Positions 39,152 to 48,256 of a DNA stretch of 64,000 bases are shown piece by piece (the first letter of the stretch is position 1; each line of letters starts with the position of its first letter). Location: assembly GCA_039189765.1 (NCBI GenBank), contig JBCCYL010000017.1, positions 1 to 64,000 of the forward strand, written 5' to 3'. A program made the translations under genes and the position numbers. The stretch comes from Cyanobacteria bacterium P01_F01_bin.150. Its GTDB lineage: Bacteria; Cyanobacteriota; Cyanobacteriia; CAKZMO01. The notes beneath the pieces are model-generated. The model was not told the origin of the DNA. It did no database searches and worked only from the letters and a program-made list of their open reading frames with translations.

Positions 39152-40215
39152 GGTAGCGTTAGTCACGTAGTGATGAGGCTCAATCCATTACCAGTCGGGC
39201 GTTATAGTCGTGGATGAAATACCAAATAGCCCCAATATGATTGTCCAATTTTTTGGAAAAAGATAAGCTTTTTCGAACTAATATCATGTCGGGTTAAACA
39301 CCCATAAAAAATCAGTCCATCATTTGGCGCGGCGCGAAGCGCCGCGCCAAATGATATTAAGGGCAATCAAGATGATTTGATATAATCTAGAAATACGTTG
39401 GCGAAAGGTATTATTCAAACGCTCAATGTGACTTGTTTGCCCTGTTTCCGTCCTAACTGCTCGATGACGTTTGCTCCGAATAACTTTTTTGTAAGAGTCT
39501 CAAAAATCAGTATAAAAAACTGCACATTGACGATAAATAGCTGGAATACTTGCCCATAATTTACGAGCTGATTTGCGAGTTCTATCACCAATATAGCAAC
39601 CTAATACTTCGCGTGTATCACGGTCAATCGCCAACCAAATATAACGAACAAAAGCATATTTCTTTCGAGTGATATAAAAGGACCACATCTCATCACATTC
39701 GATCGTCAATCGACCTTTTTGCTTAGCTGAGACCTTTATCTACCTTGGGATAGAATTGAATTTATTATTCACATAGTTTTGTACCCAGGACAGACTAACT
39801 CCAGTCACCCTGACAATGCCTCGCATAGAAATACGTTCCAATAGGAGTTTATCAATTAACGCTTTAGTATCAGTAGAAATTGTCCTCCTTTGAAGATTAA
39901 GCACAAACTGGCGACCACAGCTTTTACATAAGCGTTTATGTTTAGCATTATGAGTAGACCCATTTTTTACAGTGTGGAGAGAACCACAATCAGGACAGAT
40001 ATATTTTTCTGCAATCAACCCATATAGAAGAGAATAGGGGGATATATCTTCGTCAAGCGCTAGATTAAGGGTAGAAACAGTAAAATTAAGAAATAGATTT
40101 AACCTAAAAATAGGATAATTATCGTAAAATAAAGCCTTCATTTTTATTAGTAAATAATTGCCACACACCCTTCTGGATATAGATTATAGTCCATCACTAC
40201 TTCTGGTTACCCATC
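39152..40215 (-). mobile_element. Degraded IS1-family element (insA/insB) interrupted by a small insertion
   Basis: InsA CPDCGS..KNG..CKSCGRQF; InsB ECDEMWS..IWLAID..YTDF then stop; inverted GTAGTGATG cores at 39167 and 40200; ends approximate. Confidence 0.85.
39281..39382. repeat. ~100-bp MITE/REP-like insertion with a perfect 17-bp hairpin
   Basis: Absent from the IS1 copy near 5220; ATCATTTGGCGCGGCGC-GAA-GCGCCGCGCCAAATGAT at 39319..39355. Confidence 0.8.
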
Positions 40216-40447
40216 GTTGTAATTGTTGTCTAGGTGCGTTGGTCATATCAATGCGTCACAGTTTTAGGTGAGTTGATAAATTGACTGAAAATTCAGAAAC
40301 TACCAAGTCGTGTAGATGAGGCTGCTCTACCTTAACCCTTCTCTTTCGAAAAGTAGGCAGCACGAAGGGCACCTTTGCTAATTCATCTGATTTTCTGCTT
40401 GTCAACAGAGACAACCCATTCCATAATTTGTATAGACATCTATATTT

Positions 40448-40477
40448 ATTAACATTCGATTAACGGTTGATTAAGTC
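40448..40477 (+). promoter_or_regulatory. Pho box (SphR/PhoB) upstream of phnG
   Basis: TTAAC, TTAAC, TTAAG at 40449, 40460, 40471 (11-bp period). Confidence 0.65.
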
Positions 40478-40491
40478 CTAGTAATCAAGTT

Positions 40492-41001
40492 ATGAAACAA
40501 GCTGTGTCACGACAGAATTGGATGGCAACGTTTGCCAAAGCCCCACTGGCTCACCTAGAGCAACATGTTGATTCTGTTCTGGAATCAGCATTGTTCTCCG
40601 GTCAAAAGAGGCCAAAGTATCAATTTTTGCGATCGCCCGAAATTGGTCTGGCAATGATCCGAGGTCGAGCAGGCGGCACGGGTCAGCCGTTTAACCTCGG
40701 AGAAATGACCATTACTCGCTGTGTGGTTCAACTAAAGGCAGAAGGCAAAGGGCAGAAGGCAGAATCTAAAATCCCAAATCCTATCTCTGGGTTTGGGTAT
40801 GTGGCGGGGCGATCGCATCGTCACGCTGAACTTGTGGCTCTCTGTGATGCGTTGATGCAGCATCCCGACTGGTGCGATCGGGTGCAGGCTGGGGTCATTG
40901 AGCCGTTGGTGGTGCTCGCTCAAGAAAAACGAGCGGCGGAAGCGGCGGAAGTGGAATCCACCCGCGTTAATTTCTTCACTATGCTGCGAGGAGAAAGTTG
41001 A
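40492..41001 (+). CDS. phnG: C-P lyase subunit PhnG
   Basis: RSPEIGLAMIRGRAGGTGQPFNLGEMTITRC; TRVNFFTMLRGE. Confidence 0.95.
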   Translation: MKQAVSRQNWMATFAKAPLAHLEQHVDSVLESALFSGQKRPKYQFLRSPEIGLAMIRGRAGGTGQPFNLGEMTITRCVVQLKAEGKGQKAESKIPNPISGFGYVAGRSHRHAELVALCDALMQHPDWCDRVQAGVIEPLVVLAQEKRAAEAAEVESTRVNFFTMLRGES

Positions 41002-41621
41002 TGATGACTATTGCTGCAACGGCTACCAACCTACCCCAGTCCTCACTTTTGCCTGGATTTGCAGATCCGGTCCACGATAGCCAGCGCACCTTTCGAGCCT
41101 TATTGGATGCCTTGGCTCGGCCTGGGATCTTGCAATCTACCCCCGCCCTAACTGCTCCGTCAGAGTTGACTTCAAGCTGTGCTGCGGCCTGTCTTACGTT
41201 ACTGGATTTAGAAACCAGCGTTTGGCTCCAGCCCTGTCTTCCCGAATCCGTTCGGTCCTGGCTTCTGTTCTATACTGGGTGCTGCTTTACGCCTGATCCG
41301 AATACAGCCGATTTCGCCATCATTGTTGATGTGGAATCGGCCCCTTCCTTGGACCAGTTTTGTTACGGCACTCCAGAATATCCAGAGGCATCTACGTCCC
41401 TGCTGATGCAAATTCCATCAATGGAGGGAGGACTGGAGGTAACGCTAAAGGGGCCGGGAATTTTGGATGCGATCGCCATTGCTCCATCTGTAACTGTTGA
41501 TTTCTGGCAACAGTGGCAGGAGATGACAACTGAGTACCCGCTGGGGTTAGATGTTTGGTTCTTCGCTGATGAGCAGATCTTGGGATTACCCCGAACGGCT
41601 CGTCTGAGTTCAGAAGGCTAG
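41001..41621 (+). CDS. phnH: C-P lyase subunit PhnH
   Basis: PGFADPVHDSQRTFRALLDALARPG, GTPEYPE, LKGPGI, GLPRT. Confidence 0.95.
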   Translation: MMTIAATATNLPQSSLLPGFADPVHDSQRTFRALLDALARPGILQSTPALTAPSELTSSCAAACLTLLDLETSVWLQPCLPESVRSWLLFYTGCCFTPDPNTADFAIIVDVESAPSLDQFCYGTPEYPEASTSLLMQIPSMEGGLEVTLKGPGILDAIAIAPSVTVDFWQQWQEMTTEYPLGLDVWFFADEQILGLPRTARLSSEG

Positions 41622-41624
41622 ACC

Positions 41625-42074
41625 ATGGATGTCGTTGTTCAGTTGGGCGCGATCGCCGACCTTCCTGCAGTGTTGGACCTCTACCTCAAAGCGGGGATTG
41701 ACCATGACACGACCGTCACGCTAGCAAATGCTGAGCAATGGTTTCACGCCCTTCGACGGTATCCCAACTATCACCTGTGGGTGGCTTATTGCGGTAGTGA
41801 GCTTGTCGGAACATTTACGTTGCTGGTTATGGATAATCTGAACCACCACGGTTGTCCCTCCAGCATTGTGGAAGGGGTGGCGGTTGCGCCAGAGTACCAA
41901 GGGCAAGGTATTGGCAGACAAATGATGGGAAAGGCGATCGCTCTCTCTCGTGAAGCGGGATGCTACAAAATGGTGCTTTCCACCAATCTTAGACGCAAAG
42001 AAGCCCACGTCTTTTATGAGTCCCTTGGATTCGAAAAACATGGATATAGCTATCGGATAGAGTTGGAGTATTAA
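41625..42074 (+). CDS. GNAT acetyltransferase (PhnO-like by context)
   Basis: VAVAPEYQGQGIG; AHVFYESLGF. Confidence 0.85.
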   Translation: MDVVVQLGAIADLPAVLDLYLKAGIDHDTTVTLANAEQWFHALRRYPNYHLWVAYCGSELVGTFTLLVMDNLNHHGCPSSIVEGVAVAPEYQGQGIGRQMMGKAIALSREAGCYKMVLSTNLRRKEAHVFYESLGFEKHGYSYRIELEY

Positions 42075-42106
42075 CCCATTTGGCCATCATGATCTAGGAA
42101 AAATCT

Positions 42107-42511
42107 ATGAAATTGACCAACCTCATCCCAATGTTGAATGTATCAAATCTGGAGGCCAGTCTCGATTTTTATAAGCGAGTGTTAGACTTCCAAGTCGTCA
42201 GTCCGACTGAGGCCATTATCGAATGGCGATGGGCCACCATCCGTTCTGGCGATACGGAACTTATGCTATCGGAATCAGACTGTGACATTGGACTGAAGAA
42301 AGGGATTAATCCCCAACAAGAGGTCAGTTGGCCCAGCATTTTATATTTCTATCCCGATGATGTTGACGCCCTATATGCCCACGTTACTCAACAGGGATTT
42401 ACCCCAACCCCCCTCGAAATAACCTTCTACGGAATGAAAGAGTTTAGCCTCCAAGACCTGGATGGTCATCTCCTTAGTTTTGGACAAGCGACGAATGACC
42501 AGTCTGTCTGA
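42107..42511 (+). CDS. VOC/glyoxalase-bleomycin resistance family protein
   Basis: PMLNVSNLEASLDFY; YGMKEFSLQDLDGH. Confidence 0.85.
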   Translation: MKLTNLIPMLNVSNLEASLDFYKRVLDFQVVSPTEAIIEWRWATIRSGDTELMLSESDCDIGLKKGINPQQEVSWPSILYFYPDDVDALYAHVTQQGFTPTPLEITFYGMKEFSLQDLDGHLLSFGQATNDQSV

Positions 42512-42626
42512 GGTAATAGCAGTGAACACGGTGAACTTAGGGTCCAAGAATCTTGGGAGCCAAGACTAATGCAGGACTTTAGCCCATCATTTCAATCCAC
42601 CCATCACGGTTTCATAGGAGAAAAGT

Positions 42627-43796
42627 ATGCCCTACGTTGCGGTTAAAGGTGGCGAGAAAGCCATCCAAAATGCAGAAGCATTGCTCAAGTCCAAACGACG
42701 GGGCAATAACGAGATTCCAGAATTATTCCTGGAGCAGATCAAGCAGCAGATGCAACTTGCAGTCAATCGTGTCATGGCGGAAGGGAGCCTGTATGATCCA
42801 GATTTAGCCGCCCTTGCCATCAAGCAATCCTGGGGCGATCTGGTGGAAGCCGCGTTCCTGCTAAGAGCCTATCGCACCACCCTGCCGCGCCTTTACTACA
42901 GCAAACCCATTGACACCAGCGACATGCATCTCCAACGCCGCATCTCTGCCATCTTCAAAGATGCCCCCGGAGGTCAAAAGCTGGGACCAACCTTCGACTA
43001 TATCCACCGTCTCCTTGACTTCAAACTTGCTGCCGAAGACAACACTTTCCCAGCCCCCGTTTCTGAGGGCAGCGATCCCACAGAAGCCACTCCCTATATT
43101 GTCAAAACTCTTCAGCAAGAAGGACTGGTTGAAAGGCAGAAGGCAGAAGGCAGAAGGCAGAAGGCAGAAGGCACAACTCAAAACTCAAAACTCTCCAACT
43201 CCCCAACTCCCCAACTCTCCAACTCCAAAACTCCTTTCGACCTGACACGTCAGTCTCTCACCACTCCGACCGATCGCGATGCTCGACTGCAAAATTTGGC
43301 TCGGGGTGACGAGGGATTTTTGCTGGCAATGGCCTACTCCACTCAGCGGGGCTATGGTAAAAACCATCCCTTTGCCGGGGAGATTCGGATGGGAGATGTT
43401 GAAGTGGTGATTTGTCCTGAAGAATTGGGGTTTGAGGTGGCGATCGCCGACATTACTGTCACCGAAGTACAAATGGTTAACCAGTTCAAAGGCAACAAGA
43501 AAACGCCACCCCAATTCACCCAAGGCTACGGCCTTACCTTTGGCTACAACGAACGGAAGGCGATGGCGATGGCTCTGGTCGATCGGGCACTGCAAGCGAA
43601 GGACTTGGGAGAGGCGATCGATGGTCCGGCCCAAGATGAGGAATTTGTGCTCTGGCACTCGGACAATATTGAAGCGCAGGGATTTGTCCAGCACCTGAAA
43701 TTGCCTCATTACATCGACTTTCAGGCTGAGTTGAATCTCGTGCGTAAACTCCGTAAGGATTATGATAAAGATCATCCTAATACTCAGCAGTCTTAG
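42627..43796 (+). CDS. phnI: C-P lyase subunit PhnI
   Basis: YVAVKGGEKAI, EGSLYD, LARGDEG, STQRGYG..HPF, HLKLPHY. Confidence 0.96.
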   Translation: MPYVAVKGGEKAIQNAEALLKSKRRGNNEIPELFLEQIKQQMQLAVNRVMAEGSLYDPDLAALAIKQSWGDLVEAAFLLRAYRTTLPRLYYSKPIDTSDMHLQRRISAIFKDAPGGQKLGPTFDYIHRLLDFKLAAEDNTFPAPVSEGSDPTEATPYIVKTLQQEGLVERQKAEGRRQKAEGTTQNSKLSNSPTPQLSNSKTPFDLTRQSLTTPTDRDARLQNLARGDEGFLLAMAYSTQRGYGKNHPFAGEIRMGDVEVVICPEELGFEVAIADITVTEVQMVNQFKGNKKTPPQFTQGYGLTFGYNERKAMAMALVDRALQAKDLGEAIDGPAQDEEFVLWHSDNIEAQGFVQHLKLPHYIDFQAELNLVRKLRKDYDKDHPNTQQS

Positions 43797-43842
43797 TACT
43801 GTGAAAACTCTCTGAAATACCAGTAAACGGAAAGGGATTTAC

Positions 43843-44148
43843 ATGGGTATTCTTATCTTGCTTCTTCCGCCTGCTCTCTGCATTTTCTTATGGAGAAAAG
43901 AACGGCTCTATATTGGGTTTCTCCTAGGAATACTTATCTTTTGGAGCATTTATGCAGTCGGATTATATCAATACTGTCAAACCTCTGACAAACCTTGCCT
44001 ACCCGATGAAAATGGAGCAGTTTTGATGGCGATGTTCTTCTTTAGTGTGATATATAACGTCCTTCTTCTTGGAACCAGAGCTGTTCTGGAAATAGGTCTT
44101 GATTTTTTGAAGCTGGGCAGGTTTATCACATTTGGCAGAAGGCGCTAG
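43843..44148 (+). CDS. Small membrane protein
   Basis: 101-aa ORF with three hydrophobic segments. Confidence 0.6.
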   Translation: MGILILLLPPALCIFLWRKERLYIGFLLGILIFWSIYAVGLYQYCQTSDKPCLPDENGAVLMAMFFFSVIYNVLLLGTRAVLEIGLDFLKLGRFITFGRRR

Positions 44149-44295
44149 GCGATCGCTCATTCACTCCAAAAACGACCAATGTTGGGTTTCCTTTCGTCTT
44201 CCTTAAATACCTTTGAGACTATAACCTAACCTACAAAACTCTCCAACTCCCTAACTCCCCAACTCCCCAACTCCCTATCTAAAATCCAAAATCCC

Positions 44296-45168
44296 ATGTC
44301 TTCTACCGAACCCGGCTTCAACTTTGCCTATCTCGACGAACAAACGAAACGGTCTATCCGACGCGCTCTACTAAAAGCCATTGCCATCCCCGGTCACCAA
44401 ATTCCCTTTAGCGCCCGTGAAATGCCCATGTCATACGGTTGGGGAACTGGGGGGATTCAAGTCACGGCTTCGGTGATTGGCCAGGACGATACGCTCAAAG
44501 TCATTGACCAAGGGGCAGACGACACCACCAATGCCGTCAATATCCGTCGCTTTTTCAAAAAGGTATGTGGTGTAGAAACCACTGAACAAACTGAAAAAGC
44601 AACTCTGATCCAAACCCGTCACCGCATCCCAGAAACGCCTTTGAAAGAAGACCAGACAATGGTGTATCAGGTGCCCATGCCGGAGCCGCTGTATTTTATT
44701 GAGCCATCTCGTACGGAAGCAAACAAAATGCATGCCCTGGAAGAGTATGGCCCCATGTACGTCAAGCTGTACGAGGACGTGACCCGCTTTGGTCGCATTT
44801 CCCTTGCCTACGACTATCCCGTAATGGTGAACGATCGCCACCTAATGAATCCCAGCCCCATCCCTCGCTTTGATAATCCTAAGATGCACATGAATCCTGC
44901 CCTCCAGCTCTTTGGTGCAGGCCGGGAAAAACGCATCTATGCCATTCCCCCCTACACCAAAGTGAAAAGCTTAGATTTTGAAGACTATCCCTTTAGCGTC
45001 GAAACCTGGGATCAGCCCTGTGAATTTTGTGGCGCTACTGATAGCTACCTCGACGAAGTCTTGATCGACGACAAAGGCGGACGCATGTGGATCTGCTCCG
45101 ATACAGACTATTGCAGTCAACGCCAAGCATCCCAAGCATCCGCTAACCTAAATGAAGAGGAATTTTAG
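44296..45168 (+). CDS. phnJ: C-P lyase PhnJ (radical SAM-like)
   Basis: NFAYLDEQTKR, GWGTGG, CEFC..CSDTDYC. Confidence 0.97.
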   Translation: MSSTEPGFNFAYLDEQTKRSIRRALLKAIAIPGHQIPFSAREMPMSYGWGTGGIQVTASVIGQDDTLKVIDQGADDTTNAVNIRRFFKKVCGVETTEQTEKATLIQTRHRIPETPLKEDQTMVYQVPMPEPLYFIEPSRTEANKMHALEEYGPMYVKLYEDVTRFGRISLAYDYPVMVNDRHLMNPSPIPRFDNPKMHMNPALQLFGAGREKRIYAIPPYTKVKSLDFEDYPFSVETWDQPCEFCGATDSYLDEVLIDDKGGRMWICSDTDYCSQRQASQASANLNEEEF

Positions 45169-45174
45169 AGTAAA

Positions 45175-46014
45175 ATGGTGACCTTTCTCTTTTGGAATTT
45201 GAATGGCAAAGCACTGGATCAGGAAGTTACTCAACTTTGTGATACTCACTCTGTTGATGTCTTGGTCGTAGCAGAAGTAATAGGAAGGCAAGCGACTGCA
45301 ATTCAAGTAAAAAGTCGAGAGACTACGATTCAACAAAGTCTTACGTCCAAAACAGGGAAGACCTATGTGACAGAACATAATGATTTTTCCTACAGACTAA
45401 AGTTTTTCTTTCGCTATTCATCAAAATCAATATCTCAGATTGAAGATTTTTATGGCTTATCCATCCGAGAAATTTCCTTACCAAATAGCCAATCGATGTT
45501 GCTAGCCGCTGTTCATCTGACTAGCAAGTTACACGCAGATAATGCAGAGCAGGAGTCCCAAACTAGAGATATAGTTAAACGAATTGAAGCAGCGGAAGAG
45601 AAGAGAGGTCATCGCAGAACGCTAGTGATGGGTGACTTTAATATGAACCCATTTGAGGGTGGGCTTGTCAATGCAGATGCTTTTCATGGCGTGATGTCAA
45701 AGCACATTGCCCAATCTAAGTCAAGGACAGTGAGGAAGACTAAAAGATATTTTTTCTACAATCCTATGTGGGGAAGGATGGGAGATATTTCTGAGGGGCC
45801 ACCAGGGACTTATTACTATAAAAAATCTACTAATCGTGAGGTTTTTTGGAATACATTTGATCAATTATTACTTAGACCTGAGCTACTGCCTTTATTCAAG
45901 GCTGACAAATTAAAAGTAATAACTAAAGTTGGCAGCTTATCATTAATTAATAAAGACAAGGTTAATGCCAAAGATTTTTCTGATCACTTGCCCATTTTAA
46001 TTGATTTGAGTTAA
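45175..46014 (+). CDS. Endonuclease/exonuclease/phosphatase (EEP) family protein
   Basis: FWNL, VHL, MGDFN, FDQ, SDHLP. Confidence 0.88.
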   Translation: MVTFLFWNLNGKALDQEVTQLCDTHSVDVLVVAEVIGRQATAIQVKSRETTIQQSLTSKTGKTYVTEHNDFSYRLKFFFRYSSKSISQIEDFYGLSIREISLPNSQSMLLAAVHLTSKLHADNAEQESQTRDIVKRIEAAEEKRGHRRTLVMGDFNMNPFEGGLVNADAFHGVMSKHIAQSKSRTVRKTKRYFFYNPMWGRMGDISEGPPGTYYYKKSTNREVFWNTFDQLLLRPELLPLFKADKLKVITKVGSLSLINKDKVNAKDFSDHLPILIDLS

Positions 46015-46031
46015 CAACAGGAGCTTGATAA

Positions 46032-46448
46032 ATGCCAGAATCGCGTAGCTTTTGGGGAGGAATTAGTGCAATTAATGGAGGTCAGGATATACCAGATATT
46101 CCTCAGAAAATACTAAAAGATCAAGCAGAGTTTCTAACTAGTCAAACAAAGGGAATTCTTATTGGAGAAGTTGTTGAAGGAGTGAAACCTAAGAATAGCA
46201 TATATTCATGCCATCTCCGAATTACTGTCCCTGCTCTAGGTCATTATATTTACAATGTCCTTAAGATTAACTATCCAATAGAAGAGATATATCCAGGCAC
46301 AGTTATTAGTTCTCATGATGAAAAATATGAATGTAAAGATGTTGATGAATATGAGGCAATACTGGAGAGGATTCTAAGTTCGGAGCAGCTAAAACATATT
46401 GTCTCTCTTTTGTTAGCACAAGCTTCTATTGAGCTAAAGTCAATCTGA
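46032..46448 (+). CDS. Hypothetical protein paired with the EEP gene
   Basis: 138-aa ORF with RBS AGGAG; AT-rich like the EEP gene. Confidence 0.7.
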   Translation: MPESRSFWGGISAINGGQDIPDIPQKILKDQAEFLTSQTKGILIGEVVEGVKPKNSIYSCHLRITVPALGHYIYNVLKINYPIEEIYPGTVISSHDEKYECKDVDEYEAILERILSSEQLKHIVSLLLAQASIELKSI

Positions 46449-46457
46449 AATATATCC

Positions 46458-47228
46458 ATGAAACCATTATTAACCATTGACAGTCTCCGCAAATATTACG
46501 GAGAACTGTGTGCGTGCGATCGCATCTCTTTCTCCCTCTACCCTGGTCAAGTTCTCGGCATTATTGGTGAGTCTGGATCGGGTAAAAGTACATTGCTCAA
46601 TGCGATCGCCGGACAGATTCCCTTTGAACAGGGCGAAATAACCTACTGGAATCGTGAGGACACCCTTATGAATCTGCGTACTCTATCCGAACCCAAACGC
46701 CGCAAGCTGATGAAAACCGAATGGGGCTTTGTCCAACAAAATCCCCGTGACGGCTTGCGGATGCGGGTGACCGCTGGGGCTAATATTGGCGAACGCTTGC
46801 TGGATGTGGGCCAGCGGCACTATGGCAATATTCGCACAGAGGCTTTGGAATGGTTGCGGGAGGTGGAAATACCGGGCGATCGCATCGACCATTTCCCCTC
46901 TACATTTTCCGGCGGAATGCAGCAGCGATTGCAGTTGGCCCGAATTTTGGTGACTCGTCCTCGGATTGTATTGATGGATGAGCCGACGGGGGGACTGGAT
47001 GTGTCGGTGCAGGCGCGATTGCTGGACTTGATGCGATCGCTGGTTCGCACGCTCAACCTCAGCGTGATTTTGGTGACTCATGATATTGGAGTGGTGCGAT
47101 TGCTGGCCCATCGGCTGATGGTGATGCAGAACGGTCAGGTGGTGGAAGCAGGGCTGACAGATCAGGTGCTTGACGATCCCCATCATCCCTATACTCAGCA
47201 ATTGGTTAACGCTACTTTGGTTCCCTGA
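46458..47228 (+). CDS. phnK: C-P lyase ABC-type subunit PhnK
   Basis: GESGSGKS, FSGGMQQRLQ, DEPTGGLDVSVQARLLD. Confidence 0.96.
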   Translation: MKPLLTIDSLRKYYGELCACDRISFSLYPGQVLGIIGESGSGKSTLLNAIAGQIPFEQGEITYWNREDTLMNLRTLSEPKRRKLMKTEWGFVQQNPRDGLRMRVTAGANIGERLLDVGQRHYGNIRTEALEWLREVEIPGDRIDHFPSTFSGGMQQRLQLARILVTRPRIVLMDEPTGGLDVSVQARLLDLMRSLVRTLNLSVILVTHDIGVVRLLAHRLMVMQNGQVVEAGLTDQVLDDPHHPYTQQLVNATLVP

Positions 47229-47288
47229 TAACACCCGCGAGTGAACTTCTTTTGATTTAAATACATTCACTCTCGATTGGTGTCCGGA

Positions 47289-47382
47289 ACCCACCCCCAG
47301 CCCCTCCCGAGAGGGGAGCCAGATGCAGATGGAGACTTGGGCTACGTTCCAGTTCCCCTCCTTGGAGGGGCTAGGGGTGGGT
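47289..47382. repeat. Palindromic CCCCTCC/GGAGGGG intergenic element; related copy at 53296..53389
   Basis: ACCCACCCCCAGCCCCTCC ... GGAGGGGCTAGGGGTGGGT. Confidence 0.75.
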
Positions 47383-47462
47383 CAGTCGGGATTCAATGCA
47401 TCATTTGGAATCTGCATGAACAAAGTCTATTAATTTGCAACCAAACGAACATCTCACTACTC

Positions 47463-48191
47463 ATGATTACTAATCTATCTGCTCCTCCGAATCAATTTGT
47501 TCCCAAATCCTCAACCACTCGACTGCAAGCCGATAATCTAGTCAAGAGCTTCGTTTTGCATACCCAAGGCAGTATTGAATTACCTGTATTAGAAGGGGTG
47601 TCTTTAGCGGTGAACGCTGGCGAGTGCGTGGCATTGTCTGGGCCATCGGGGTCAGGGAAATCGACGTTTATGCGATCGCTCTATGCCAACTACCGTATCG
47701 ACAGTGGCCATATTTGGGTCCAGCATCAGGAGACCTGGGTGGATTTAGCTCAGCTGGAACCTCATCAACTGATTGAAGTGCGTCAGCATACCCTGGGGTA
47801 CGTCAGCCAATTTTTGCGGGTGATTCCCCGCGTTCCAGCAGTGGAAGTGGCGGCAGAACCGCTGATGGAATTGGGCGTTGAGCGGGAGGATGCCTGTGAG
47901 AAAGTTCGGGGATTATTCCAGCGCTTGAAATTGCCTGAGCGCTTGTGGGAGCTATCGCCTACGACGTTCTCGGGAGGAGAAAAACAGCGAGTGAATATTG
48001 CCCGTGCCTTTTCGGTGGATTATCCGATTTTGCTGTTGGATGAGCCGACCTCTGCATTGGATGCGGCTAATCGGGAGGTGGTGATGCAGTTGATTGAAGA
48101 ACGCAAAGCTGATGGATGTGCGATGGTGGGGATTTTCCATGATGACGAAGTGCGGGAGCGAGTGTGCGATCGCCAGCTCACCTTTGGATAA
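47463..48191 (+). CDS. phnL: C-P lyase subunit PhnL
   Basis: KSFVLH.QG, GPSGSGKS, GYVSQFLRVIPRV, FSGGEKQR. Confidence 0.95.
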   Translation: MITNLSAPPNQFVPKSSTTRLQADNLVKSFVLHTQGSIELPVLEGVSLAVNAGECVALSGPSGSGKSTFMRSLYANYRIDSGHIWVQHQETWVDLAQLEPHQLIEVRQHTLGYVSQFLRVIPRVPAVEVAAEPLMELGVEREDACEKVRGLFQRLKLPERLWELSPTTFSGGEKQRVNIARAFSVDYPILLLDEPTSALDAANREVVMQLIEERKADGCAMVGIFHDDEVRERVCDRQLTFG

Positions 48192-48256
48192 GCAACATAA
48201 TGTTTACTTAACGTTTTTCCTCTATCACTGTTAGAAGCCGAGGTTTTCACGAGTTT

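Noticed and set aside
5093..40215. Composite transposon formed by the two IS1 copies around the eCIS island
   Set aside because: The copies are clearly diverged and both degraded, and I found no target-site duplication at the outer ends.
40300..40390. Riboswitch upstream of phnG
   Set aside because: Only a short imperfect hairpin; no conserved aptamer core could be identified.
47277..47462. N-terminal extension of PhnL
   Set aside because: Read-through across a palindromic intergenic repeat; ATG 47463 is the plausible start.
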